Assembly (NCBI GenBank): GCA_964199315.1
Contig: OZ116702.1
Coordinates: forward strand, 32,426,001-32,490,000
Length of the DNA stretch: 64,000 nucleotides
Reading direction: 5' to 3'
Source: Orbicella franksi
Taxonomy: Eukaryota
The translations under genes and the position numbers were made by a program. How positions within the stretch are numbered: position 1 is the stretch's first letter; every line of letters begins with the position of its first letter. Below are positions 13,901-31,800 of the stretch, in pieces. The notes beneath the pieces are model-generated. The model did not search any database. It saw nothing but the letters and a program-made list of their open reading frames with translations, and was not told where the DNA came from.

Positions 13901-16900
13901 TTTGAAAGGGCCATTACAGTACACCTTGAAAGGATGAATTCCTTAACAGCTCTGAATGCCTCTCTATGCCTCTTCAAGAAACAATATTGTTAGAGAGACT
14001 GATCTCCAGCTGGAGAAATGTTTGAGCCTAGCTTCCTATGCTAGGACAAGAAGTCATCTAAACATACATTGGATAGATTTTAATTGTGGCAGAATAAGAC
14101 TTCAAAATAATACACAAATACTTCCCATACCTGGAAATCGTTCATTAGACCATACTCGCAGGTAAAGTCGATTGCACACTGGTGAGGTGGAGCACTAGTC
14201 GCATTCATTGTTTGATTGACAACCGCTGCTACAACCACTCCTGAAGCATCTCGCAGAACACAAGCTGCTGCAAGCCAATCAAGAGCCACGTATATAATGG
14301 TGCTGATTAAGATGGCCCACAGTGTACCCTTAGGAATGGCTTTCTGTGCGTCTTTCAAGTCACCAGAGATGTTCACTCCAGCCAAGATGCCAGTGGCTGC
14401 CGGGAAAAACACAGCAAACACAGAAAAGAAATTTTCACCTTCGCGATAAGCTGGCCCAAAGTTTTCCTTAAACAGGTTAAGGTCTAACCCAATGAACCCT
14501 TTAGCGCGACTTTCCTCATTTAGGGGCCCGATGAAAGTGCCAATCATCACGTCAACAATGGAGATGAGCAGGATACAAAGGAGAAACATCTGAGTACGCA
14601 CGACCCACTCTAGGCCAATGAGAGTAACACCCAGTAACAGCAAAACTGTGAAAATGCCAACAATGCGTATAATGTTGAGTTCGCCAATCACATCCACATC
14701 GCCGCCATTCTCTTTGATCAAGTCTTTAATGGTTTCGGCAAAACCAACAACATACAAAGCAACAGCTACAGCATTGGCAACAGAAAAGATTAACCCAATG
14801 GAGCCACCAAACTCTGGCCCAAGACTGCGGGAAATCAAATAGTATGCACCACCTGAACAAAAGAAAAAAACACAAATATAATTTATTATTAGCTTACAAA
14901 AGCACTGAGTTATAGTCTACAACGTACATGCATATGTACCATTACTTTGCAACATTAAGAAAATCGAAAATTTCATCTGACAACACAAATACTTATTACA
15001 TGTACATACATGTATGTATATTATAAATTATAGCAATCAGCAAGAAGTTCAGATGACCTGCACCTCTTTAAAACTTCTATTTTGATTTGTTCTTGTTAAT
15101 CTGTACCTCTTTTGTTTTTAGGGCCATTGTTTGTGTTGTATACCTATTGTTTAGTTTGGCAAATCATGAAGACCCTTGTAAATTGTGCGTGGTTGTCTGA
15201 TTTAATATTAATTTTGATATTTTCATAAATTGTACACCGTTAGTTATGATATTTAGTATATTTTCACATTTAACTCACGTAATGTTGCTTTATTTTTACA
15301 GTAATATGCTCAGTGATCAGTTGGACAATCTCAGGCCAATGTCATTTTTTGTAAGCTATTCAAAGTTACGCAACTTTGTGATTCACCTGTATCAATTTTT
15401 CGGCTACTTGATGCTAATTGCATATGTTTGCTTTGGCAATTGATCATGATGGCTTTATTGGGTTAAAATTAGCCAGAGTGATTAGTTTGACATTTTTACA
15501 AAGCAATCTTGGAAACTGTTCCAAGGTTAACGCAAATCAACAAACCCTGTTCACCGTACCTCCTTTGACTTCACCATTGGTGCACACAGCTGACATGGAC
15601 AGAGTTGTGAACATTGTAACCACTGCTGATAGCACAATAATGACAGTCGACCAGCCAATTCCTGCTTGTCCAGCCACCCACGACAGTCGTAAGTACAACA
15701 TAACACCCCAGATATTAAGAAGACATCGCAGCATGACACCCTTAAGCCAACCAAACTTTGGGGCAACCTTGGCCTTTTTATCCTTTTTGGTGTGAATGAC
15801 AATTTCATCACTGTCGACACCTCCATTTTCAACGTTGTCTACACTTGGAGGTTCTTCCTAGAGAAGGGTAAGATAGAAAAGATTGGTAACCAGTTCTGTA
15901 AACTCTTGGTGACGTCCAGATTCCTCTGGTGGGAAGGTTGGGCAGCAGGAATTATTAAAGCACTTCAAATTCCTGACCAGACTTGTTGTATGCTTCAAAT
16001 CGTCACTTTTAGTGCAACAATTTTCATATGCATCAACCTTTGTTCATTAAATGAATAATTATTCTAAGTCGTAATTAGCAAAAATTCCCACTTTTACATA
16101 ATTTGGATAATAAACTGTTGCATTAGCTATTCTAATATCTTTTTATTATTCCAAATCATATTGCGAGATATAGCTTGGTGGCTTGGTTGAAAAGTTTGCC
16201 CATCAGTCAACCACTGTGGAGGTTCCTTGTAAAAGATGGAATTAATTTGACAGCCTTTGACATCCTAATTGAAACTGAAAAGAAAATCCCCACCAAAATA
16301 ATGAAGCAGGTATATTTATTGATATAAGCTTTCCAACTGAGCAAATCATCTGAAAATATTCTTTGAAGTCAAGTAAATCTTGACAATTTAACATGAGTTT
16401 GAAGATCTATTAAAGTGTATATGATATGAAAAATAATTTCCGCTTTTTTGAAAGGCCTTTCAAAATACATTGTACTGAAGAATGGTGTTTTTCTTTTTGA
16501 AATATCTTTTTTCGTTTTAGAGATATTGACGTTTTTCTATTTTGCAAATTAGATCAGTGATGACGTCATAAGGTTTGCAACTAAAAAGTGTAAAATACTG
16601 AATAAACGACATCTCTGGAAATATTGAAGCACTAGTGTTCTTGAAACTTGCACCACAAATGTGCATCACAAAAGAAACAAAATGACACCCTTAGTGCTGT
16701 ATTTTAATTTCTCATAGCAGTTTTTCTGTAAATGATTGGTTTCATGATAGGTGAATACTTTCCAAAGAGCTTGAACACTGTTTTCCATTTTAATCCCAGG
16801 GGGGTCTGCATGAACCACTCCACATATATACTTCCTCGTGATCAGTTTTAGTATGGTTAATCTTCAAGCCTAAATAAATTGTGAACTGACCCCATCATGT

Positions 16901-18443
16901 GAATCTATCAAGACTTGCATTATTACTTGTCTGCAAGCCTGAGACTTTTTCCGAGCCCTGGATTGGAACTTGGAATTATAACTCATTACGACTGTTCTCA
17001 GTGGCGGATCCAGGTTTTGAGCTAAGGGAGAGGCCCGGGTTTTCTTGCCCTGCTGGCTTTTCTTCCTTCTGAGATTTTTTCTTTTTCTACCCAAAATAAA
17101 GGGGGGGCAGGCCCCCCAGGTCCCTCCCCTGGATGCACCACTGGTTCTGTGGAAATGATCACTTGGGAATTTGGAAATTTTAACATTAGTTTGAATTAAT
17201 GAGTCCATTTCAACAAGCTTTCAAGTATGGTCTGTAATTAAATTGATGAATTAATTACACATCAGTAATAATTATTTTGCATTGTAGTCTAATTTAAGTG
17301 TATTAAATAGAACAAGTTCAAATATTTGAGAGAAAAAAAAACATCAGAGATATGTGTGAAGATCAGAATTATAAAAGCAGTCAAGATATCGGAAGGTGTC
17401 ACCCCTATTGAAATTTCAAATGGAAGAAACATATAAGTTTACATTCCTTGCAACTTCCTTGCTCGTTGACACGATTAGCGTTAACACGACGTTCTTACAA
17501 TTTTTTAAGCCCGATTACATGTATTTTGAATAAAGCTGATAGCAAGGTTTTTTTTTCCGAAAACCGGTTTTCTGTGGGTTCATTATGCTGTATTTTAGCT
17601 AAAAAGAGTACTGGAATTTATTTAAAAAATATAGCACTGTATATCATGAATATATCATGAATAAACAACCAAGGTGATATAGCTACAGTGCAACCACAAG
17701 ATATAAGCGACTGAGAGAGTATTGGTCTTGACAACGGCACATGATGGATTCATGACAATTGCTCGATGTCCTCGATGTTCGCCGAGGGCTTTTGAATTCG
17801 ACGAAAATATCAAATAAAGGCAAAATAAAAATTCACAAGCAATATTCTTTTTTACGCTACAAATAATTTCACGCAATACAGAGATATGTAAATCAGACAT
17901 TTATACGCTTTTATCCTTCCAATCTTCGCGCGCGAAATATAAGTTAAGAGCTCTCGCTCTGTTTTACTGTAAAGTGTGCGTAACGAGAAAAATTCTTCAC
18001 AATCTCCGGCCAATAATTATTACTAAGCTTGCGACGTAATATAACACAGGAAATAGGTTCTATACCTGTTGCTCGTGGTCTTCTTCGAAACCTTTCCTCA
18101 ATTCTTGAAGTGTCGGGCGCGATTTTTTTGTGGAGTTGGACTGCGAGTTTTCGTTTCGGTAAAACACGGTCAAAGGGACTGCATCGTGTGTTGCGTAGCC
18201 GATCGTCGCATCCACGGCATCGTGCGTAGAAAGAGGACCGCTTGGCGTTGGTGTTTCAGGAAAAGTCATTCTTGGGCTCGGATCGAGTACATCATCTCCA
18301 CTGGGATCTAAATTCACTTGGTTAACGCAGAACCTCAGCGAAGGAACATCGCTCGAAGCTGCCGAAGGTTTGCTCGATGGCGCTTGTATTTCCATGGGAT
18401 TTTCAAAGCCTTCGCCAATCTCTTTGGCTTCAGTACTTGCCAT
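9374..18443 (-). CDS. Na-K-2Cl cotransporter-like SLC12 family member (SLC12A1/2/3 clade), 1149 aa
   Basis: Exons (minus): 18443-18066, 15857-15560, 14852-14131, 13104-12946, 12340-12008, 11834-11543, 10641-9374. All GT-AG, total 3450 nt, in frame. Signature segments [96 protein letters not shown] and the end [13 protein letters not shown]. Confidence 0.95.
10673..11120. repeat. Compound (AAC/GAC)n microsatellite with two N-runs (10740-10874, 10971-11113) in SLC12 intron 6
   Basis: Directly visible. It explains the poly-N/D/T/S ORFs in the ORF track. Confidence 0.95.
13210..13421 (+). mobile_element. 5'-truncated Penelope-like retroelement fragment (GIY-YIG C-terminal remnant plus hammerhead-like fold)
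   Basis: 13217-13303 translates [28 protein letters not shown], resembling the recalled PLE endonuclease tail (E-M-x-F-I...P-x-L-N-x-Q-x-D). Followed by GCC-TTGAGAAT-GGTGTC-AGGAT-GACACC-GAAAC-ATT-GGC at 13383-13421. Confidence 0.7.
16999..17143. mobile_element. 145-bp hAT-like MITE with a 5-bp TSD
   Basis: Ends CAGTGGCGGATCC ... GGATGCACCACTG. GTTCT duplicated at 16994-16998 and 17144-17148. Confidence 0.75.
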
Positions 18444-21313
18444 GGTCGAAACTCACTCGCTAAAATAAAAACATGACAAAACTAAAACAGACTTCAAAAC
18501 CAGCCGGCGACTTCCGAAACGATTAGTTTATATACGTCAAAACCTTGACAGGGAGGGGAGGGAAGGGCATTCTTGTGACACGTGCGTGCTTCTAAAAATA
18601 CTCGACACGTACACTCAATCCTGCTCTGCTCACGCGGTTCTTCCAGTTGATCAATAATAACGCCAATAATTTGCTTCTAGTTCTGATCAATATGCAAAAT
18701 TAGACAAAAAGAAAAACGCACACGCGCACAAAAGGAAAACTGGTCAGACTTACTGTAACCTGAAAATTCACGTTTTAAGTGACGAATTGAAGATACCGCG
18801 GGTGCTAGAACGGCGAAAACGAGCATGAAAGTGTATGGTAGGATTCCCGGTGTAAGGGGGCACCATGTGGTTCAGCTAAATTTCGTGATTCAATACCGGA
18901 CAAGTATTTACAAATTTACAGGAATAAATGGTTTTCTCTTTCCTGTACTATGAGCAATACTTGTATAATTTGGCGATAGCCCCATGGACAAGGATGTTAA
19001 AGTAGTAGAACTACCCAAAAGATGACGTTAGGTTTCTTACCGGCTCTTTTAGACTGAAGATTCCTCCGTGAGCTTGATACCACACGATGCAAGGGGCAGT
19101 GGATCAGTCAGCTACGCTTTGTGCAGTTCGCGTATTCACGCGCAAAATATTGGCCCAGTTCTATTGTTACTAGTGGCTTCACAATGGGCTTCCAGAGATA
19201 AGAGGGCCCTTAGCAAACTATATAAGTAATTGCCCGTGAATATTCCGTGATTCTGGCGACAGACCCAATACATGTGTTTACCATAATTTGTAAACGTGGC
19301 AGTTTGTCTGTTAAAATAACACAAGGTTGGTGTGAAAGCTTTTAGAGAGAATGGAATCCTTATTGTTCCCGACTCTCTCTAGCGCCTGCAACCAAACCAG
19401 GAAAAAATACTTGAACTTACTTAGCCCTTACTTAGCACTGGGTTGATAGATTCACGCGTGGGTGGATGGAGCTTGTCAACACGGAAAGTTTAAATTAAAA
19501 AGTTACTTCAGTAACCCACGTGATCTGATCCTCTGAAGTTAGAATTATACCGATTAAAGAAAATCAATTACATCCTGGAAAGTTAAATAGCAAAACAGAA
19601 AGAAAAGTCCAAACTTCAAATGTGTGGCTTTAACATAAGGTTAATGTGCTAGATGCTGAGGTACAAGTTGATAGCACTATGTACAGTATTAATACATTTA
19701 TGATAACAATTTTCTCAAAGGGAGTTTAAGAAACGTTGTCAGAGTTATACTTTATAACTCTAAGACGGTATTAAGGTCTGTTAAAATGGTTACAATACTG
19801 ATAAGGGTTAATTAACTTTTAATGAATTCGAAATTTTAGCAAATATATTATTAAAAGTTTAATTTATTTCATCACGAAAATTTAGAAGATCAACGAGGTA
19901 TCTCATTGCTTTTATCTCATGGAATGCAAGGCACTCTTTCCACAGTCTTCTTTCAGAAGCTAGCCTTGTTCTGCTTCAATTCACTCTGATGCCTTCGTTG
20001 TTCATTCCTTTTATACCTATAATTCCGAACCACGTACACATGCTCACACAAAATTCGGGTGTACAGACTTTATTTTCGGCCGCAATATATTGAGTGAGGC
20101 CAGTTTTCTGGCGCCCCATTGCCACTGAAAGTATAATAGCAAAGGGTTAATGTTCACATAACTTCGTATTGCTCAGTTTCTTGAAAGTTCAGAGTCCAAA
20201 AAATTTGATTTTTGTCTAATAATTACAAATCGATGGGAATCTCTCTGCTATGTCAGCGAGAGGCTATTTTTCAGCCACAATAGTGGTGCACAGAAAACTG
20301 CACACCAGCTTATAAACAAACCCATACATTCCATTCGCCATTTTGAGGATAATTTAGCATATTCTACTGTATAACGATAAATAAAGCGTGTTATGACGTC
20401 GTAGTAATAGCACTGCATGCACACTAGTATATTGTAACTGAACCATTTCTTTCCGGTGGGGGTGATTAAGTGCTTGACTAGGATGATTCAATGCGAAATA
20501 TGAAATCAGCGAATGACGAAGAATTCAGAGCTTTCAAGCCGAAAGAAACTCACAAACAGCTTTGTAATTTATGAAAACCCCAAAGAATGATAATAGACCA
20601 AAGGGGTATTCACGAGGCTTAGAAGATTAAGTTGGTCTATGGATCAAGCAACTCGTGACCAGTGAACTTGAAAGTTATTCAAAATGCGTCATCCCTGACG
20701 TAGATGAAAAACTGAGAACAATTTCATTGCCTCTCTGGAATAGTTCCATTGTACACAGACGGTAGGGGCATTGTTTTAAGCTGTCATCTATTGACTTAAC
20801 TATCTATTCTACCCATAGAATGTCGTGTTTTTGAGTTCCGTAAATTTCAAATGGCAGCTGATATACCGAGAGATGTCCTAGGTTGACATCAAGAGCCTAT
20901 TAATTGGAAAACTGGGATAGCAAAGGCCTTTTAAGGCCTTTTACTATCACAATATTGTGAAAGTAAAATAGATGTTGTGATAGTACATGAGCTTTGGCTA
21001 CCAGGTCAGATTTTCAAGAAGGGGCAGAGACACTTGAAGGCTTTTTGTCTAGAAACATAATAACGTACTATTGCGGAAAAAGGAACTTCGAGTAACTTGT
21101 TGATGTACTAGTAGAACTGGCTTTGTATAAAGCACATTTTTGTGTCGCGCTATATTGAGATAGTTTTGGTTACAGTGTTGATCTTAGGTTTCGTTAGCGC
21201 ACCCATTTGTCTCGCTCAAAAGTTTACGAATGCTATATATACCTAATCGTACCGTTTTGGTACGCTTCGGTGGCATATCAGGCGAGTTTGGTCGAACCAT
21301 GCTTCGTATTTTA

Positions 21314-21715
21314 CCCGAGGCGGGGGAGCGCCCTTATATTGGCGATATATAGGTATGTGCGGCCCTAAAGGGTATGGTTTTTCAGCCGTTTTGGTCATAA
21401 ATAGGGTATCGATTTTGGCCATTTTGGTCTTAAATAGGGTATGGCTTTTGTGCTCTAGTCTTGAATTGGGTATGTTGTTTAGAAGATGCTACTTTTCGTC
21501 ATTGCCGATAAGACCATCAACAAAAGCCCTTCAAAAAATATGTTTATAGGGCAACTGTGCCAGCTGCAACGGTCATAAATATGGTATCGAATTCTTGGTC
21601 AGGTCATAAATAAGGTAGGGGAAAAAAATCATAGACTTTGGTCATAAATAGAGTGATGGTTTTGGGAAGCGGGCCGCACGCCCCCACAAATTGTTCTGGG
21701 AGTATACCCCGGGGG
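21314..21715. mobile_element. MITE with CCCG..CCCGGG ends and GGTCATAAATAGGGTA subterminal repeats
   Basis: About five GGTC(A/T)TAAATA(G/T/A)GG-type units inside poly-G/poly-C termini similar to the element at 8124. Confidence 0.6.
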
Positions 21716-22144
21716 ATATTTTGGCGAGACGTAGTCAAGCCAAAATATCCATGGCGAGACCAAACGAACCTGATATGCCTCTGAAGCTTATCAAAAAAAA
21801 AAAAAAAACGATTAGATATTTACCGTACCCAAATTCAGCCAAATGTCCATCATAGGGTAGCCATATCAGGTCATGATCAGCGATTTGATATCGCAGCCTA
21901 CAGTAGACACGGCTCTGTTTGGGCTAATTCAAAATACGGGTGCGGTAAAAGTTACTACCTGAAATATCTGTGTTTTTTGGTAAAACGTGTATTTCTTACG
22001 GCCAGTTTCCACCATCAGAAAGATTTCAGCTAAAAAGTTGTATAAACAATGTCATATAGATCGCTGATCCCATAGCGTGTCATCTTTTGTGACTATTGGG
22101 TTTTCAAGTTGCAGAGGTCTATGCGTTGAACCCAGCCCCCCTCT

Positions 22145-22205
22145 CAACCTGATTCCCAAGGCCGCGTTTCCGTAGAAAATGAGAAAAGCCTTGGGAACGA
22201 GGTTG
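22145..22205. mobile_element. Short hairpin element CAACCT..TTCCCAAGGC / GCCTTGGGAACGAGGTTG
   Basis: About 18-bp imperfect inverted arms around a short spacer. Confidence 0.6.
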
Positions 22206-22538
22206 CGCCAATCTCCAAGTGCGTTGATAAAATTAAAAAGTTAGTCTTAAGGGCCCTTCCCCCCCGGAAAAGAAAATTGTCAAACGTTTTAAGCGGCCAT
22301 CAGTAGCACAAGCCAAACTTAATAAGATTGGAGACCCTATAACGAGAAAAACCGTGACAAATTAAATCAATTCGTTTTTATTGTGTGCCACGTGGGACAC
22401 AAAACATGTTTTCGTTTCTTTATTTCAATGCAAATGCATGTTACTGAATCTATTCGTTGTTATATTAACTACCATTGATGTACTAACTAAGAAAATTTTC
22501 TTCCCCTCGCTAAAACACTGTTCGCTTCATTCCAGTGT

Positions 22539-28531
<5,993 letters not shown>

Positions 28532-28871
28532 AATGGAACTATCCCTGGACTGGTATAAGATCTTTTGCGAAGTTGAAGAAATGAACACTAAAGGTAGGTA
28601 GGTGACGATCTCCCTTTGGTTCGCGTCAGCTGACTGTCGAATGCCTAGGGAAAGTCTTTCGATTATAGTTTCTAATATTGTATTCAAAATTAGCATGCAA
28701 TGAACGGATTTAGCCAATCACAGAGAAACCCTTTTGCCCTGATGTGCTTGACGTGTCAAAGTTTTCTGCAAACAAAAGCAACTTCCGCAACTGCAAATGA
28801 GAGACATTGCAGTGATTTTTACATGACAGGGAAACTATGCCACCAAGCCTCGACCTTGGGAATCACCAAAG
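28532..28871. promoter_or_regulatory. Bidirectional promoter between alpha-tubulin and HSD17B8
   Basis: Divergent ATGs 340 bp apart. AGCCAATCA at 28712-28720, TGACGT at 28749-28754, ACTTCCG (ETS) at 28781-28787, and YY1-type AAGATGGCGGC spanning the HSD17B8 ATG. Confidence 0.7.
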
Positions 28872-31800
28872 ATGGCGGCCACAGGAAAACTTTTAGCTGG
28901 GCGCTTAGCGTTGGTTACTGGTAAGAGCTAAGAGGATCTATCTAGGATAACACTGAGCAGATAGAATTTTTTCATATATAGGACAATTGTGGTAATCGGG
29001 GCTCATATGCTTACAGTACAGATTAATATATTTTGATCCTGGGATCCTTCTCCCAAGTGGCATTCAATATCGTTGAAAATCCAACCTTCTTCATAAACTA
29101 TTTCAAATTAATACATTTACAGAATATTGAGTAAGTTTCTCCTGTATGTGCAACTGTTCTTGTATGCAAGCTTAACATCTGAAGAACGTCCTTGAACCTC
29201 CTCTGAAGAAATTTTTGAGGAAAATTAGCATATGAGATTTTTAACCATTTCTTTAACATTACATTTTATTAGTAGATGTTTAGGTTTTGTCAAACCTCGA
29301 CCAAAAGTTCATTTAAATGAAATCGTAGGATTTATAAATAACAATTTCATATTACAAGGGGGGTAACCAGGGGGATAGGGGGATTCCCACATATAAAGAA
29401 CAGGGGTGCTTGTCGTACCTTTTAGCGGTTAAAAAAGAGCTTTTGGTATCTCTTAGGTTGTTAAGCCTCCAAAAGTTCAATGCAGGAGCTTTTGAGATAC
29501 CTTTTAGGATATTTAGCCAAAAAAATTATGACAGGAGTTAATGTGTTGTTTTAGAATTGGTACCTCATAGGGGTGAAAAAAAATTCAAGTCACAAAAACA
29601 AAGTCTTGGTACCTCTTAGGGACCCTTTTCAAAATTTCCAACGAGCACCACAGCCTGTCCTTTTTATATGGGAGTCCCCCAGGGGCGGGGGGCGGGGGCT
29701 TAATTTAAAAAAGAATTGTTAATATTTCTATCCTATCTGAGCCATTGTTGAATCCTCTTGACATTATTCTAGGTGGTGCTAGCGGCATTGGCCGGGCTGT
29801 GTGCCAGGCATTAGCAGCAGAAGGAGCAAGTATTGTTGTGACAGATCTCAACAACCAAGGGGCACAGGAAACCACTGAGAGCTTATCAAAACATGCTGAC
29901 AACAAGCACCTCAACTATTCGTTAGATGTGGCAAGGGGAGAGGAAGTACAAAAGGTGCTGGAGTGTATTATCAGTGAGTACAGGAAGCCACCGTGTATTT
30001 TAGTCAACTCTGCTGGTATCACTAGTGATGATTTCCTGTTGAAGATGGATGAAGAAAAGTTTGACAAAGTTATTGAAGTGAATCTCAAGGTAAAAGTCAG
30101 AAGCATTGTGAGCAAAACTATTGTTATCCAACTCCCTTCAGCAGAGTGGTCATGGTCAGATGTATATGATACGTTCTTGGTCGACCAGATGATTGCATAT
30201 AGTGTATAATAAAGTACCCACAGAATTTTTTTACAATTATTATTCCTTGAGCATGCATTGGATATGAAATGGAAGCTAGATAACCAACAAGATGCATAGG
30301 ACTCGGTAGGCTATAGCCATGTCATATCCAATAAGCGTGAGTGAAATTATTGTTTTATTACAAATGCCCCCAAAACAAAGAAAACTAAAATGCCCCAAAA
30401 ATCATGTGTACACTTCCTATATTTGTAGAGCATGGTATAATATATGAATAAAAAATACATAACTGAAAAAGTGAAAATCGTTTTGTAATATTTCATTGTA
30501 TTTCAGGGAACATTTCTTGTGACCCAAGCAGTAGCCAAAATGATGGTCAGCGAAAAAGTTACAAATGGCTCTGTTATTAATCTAGCCAGTATTGTAGGCA
30601 AGGTACATGTTATTTTATAGCTCTCGCAAGCTTTTATTGTTTAATTATTGTAGCACCTGTTATTGTTTTAGGGCTTGGGGCATTGTTTCTATTGTTTGTT
30701 CTAATTGTTCCCTTAAAGGGTTTCGAGCCATTTATGTGAGACCTTACAAGAGCTGCTACCTGACCCATGCACTGAGGGAAGGGTTCATCACCACAGAACA
30801 ATCCTTGCTTCCTCTAGAGGAGGATGCAGAGGTGGGAATGGATGCATGGATGCCTGCATGTAATGCACACATGACCAGAGTAGAGCTGTAGAACTTTGAA
30901 CATTACACATGAACAAGTTACCTACTTACAATTTGGTCAGTGTGCCTCCAGCACACAGTGACTCACTCATAGTCTTTGTCCTGGCTGGGACATACAGGCA
31001 TATTCCTCCTACATGTACCTTCATTCATTAAGTGAAATATATAAGGTTAGTAATGATAAAGTTTGAAATATTCATATGAAATTAATGTCTTTATCAATTT
31101 TGAATTACCAGATGGGAAATCTTGGTCAGGCAAATTATGCTGCCTCTAAAGCTGGTGTGGAAGGTTTGACAAGGACCTGTGCGAAGGAGCTTGGAAGGTG
31201 TGTCATTTGTTGTTATTTTTTGACATTCTGTTATCAGCACTTAAAAATTTACCATTCTAATGTGTTAATTTTTATGCATGTAGATTTGGTGTGAGATGCA
31301 ATGCAATTTTGCCAGGCTTCATTCACACTCCAATGACGGACCATGTTCCAGAAAAAGTTTTAGAAAAGGCAAGAAATAAACTAGGCTTTGCTATAACTGC
31401 ATGGTAACTGCATAATAGACTGTACATGTAGGTATTCTGGAATCATTGAAGGCTGGCTTTCACTAGCGACGGAGTTGGAGTTGGAATCATAGTCGGAGTT
31501 ATAAGAGTGCTTACCACCAAGTGAAAATCAAAAAACAGAGCTGTAAGTGGAGTCATAAGCTTGACAGAATTGGAGTCAGAAGAATCAGAACATTTTCATT
31601 TCTTCCTATTCTGTTTACGTCTCCATTGCTTATGAACCAGTGAAAACTAGGTGTTGGAGTCAGAAGCAGAAGCAGAAGAATCAACCAATCAAGAGGCCTG
31701 GAATTGAACATTGTGATTGGGTTATTCTTGTGCTTCTGCTTGCGACTCCCACAATGCAGTTTTCACTAGATCGTAGGTGATGGAGTCATAAGTGGGATCA

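Noticed and set aside
13735-13977. 80-aa minus-strand ORF resembling a LINE ORF2 tail with an AAC-rich end
   Set aside because: The resemblance is too weak to support without a search.
19880-20022. Minus-strand TATAAAAG followed by purine-rich sequence
   Set aside because: No ORF or donor could be linked to it, and TATA-like words are common in AT-rich DNA.
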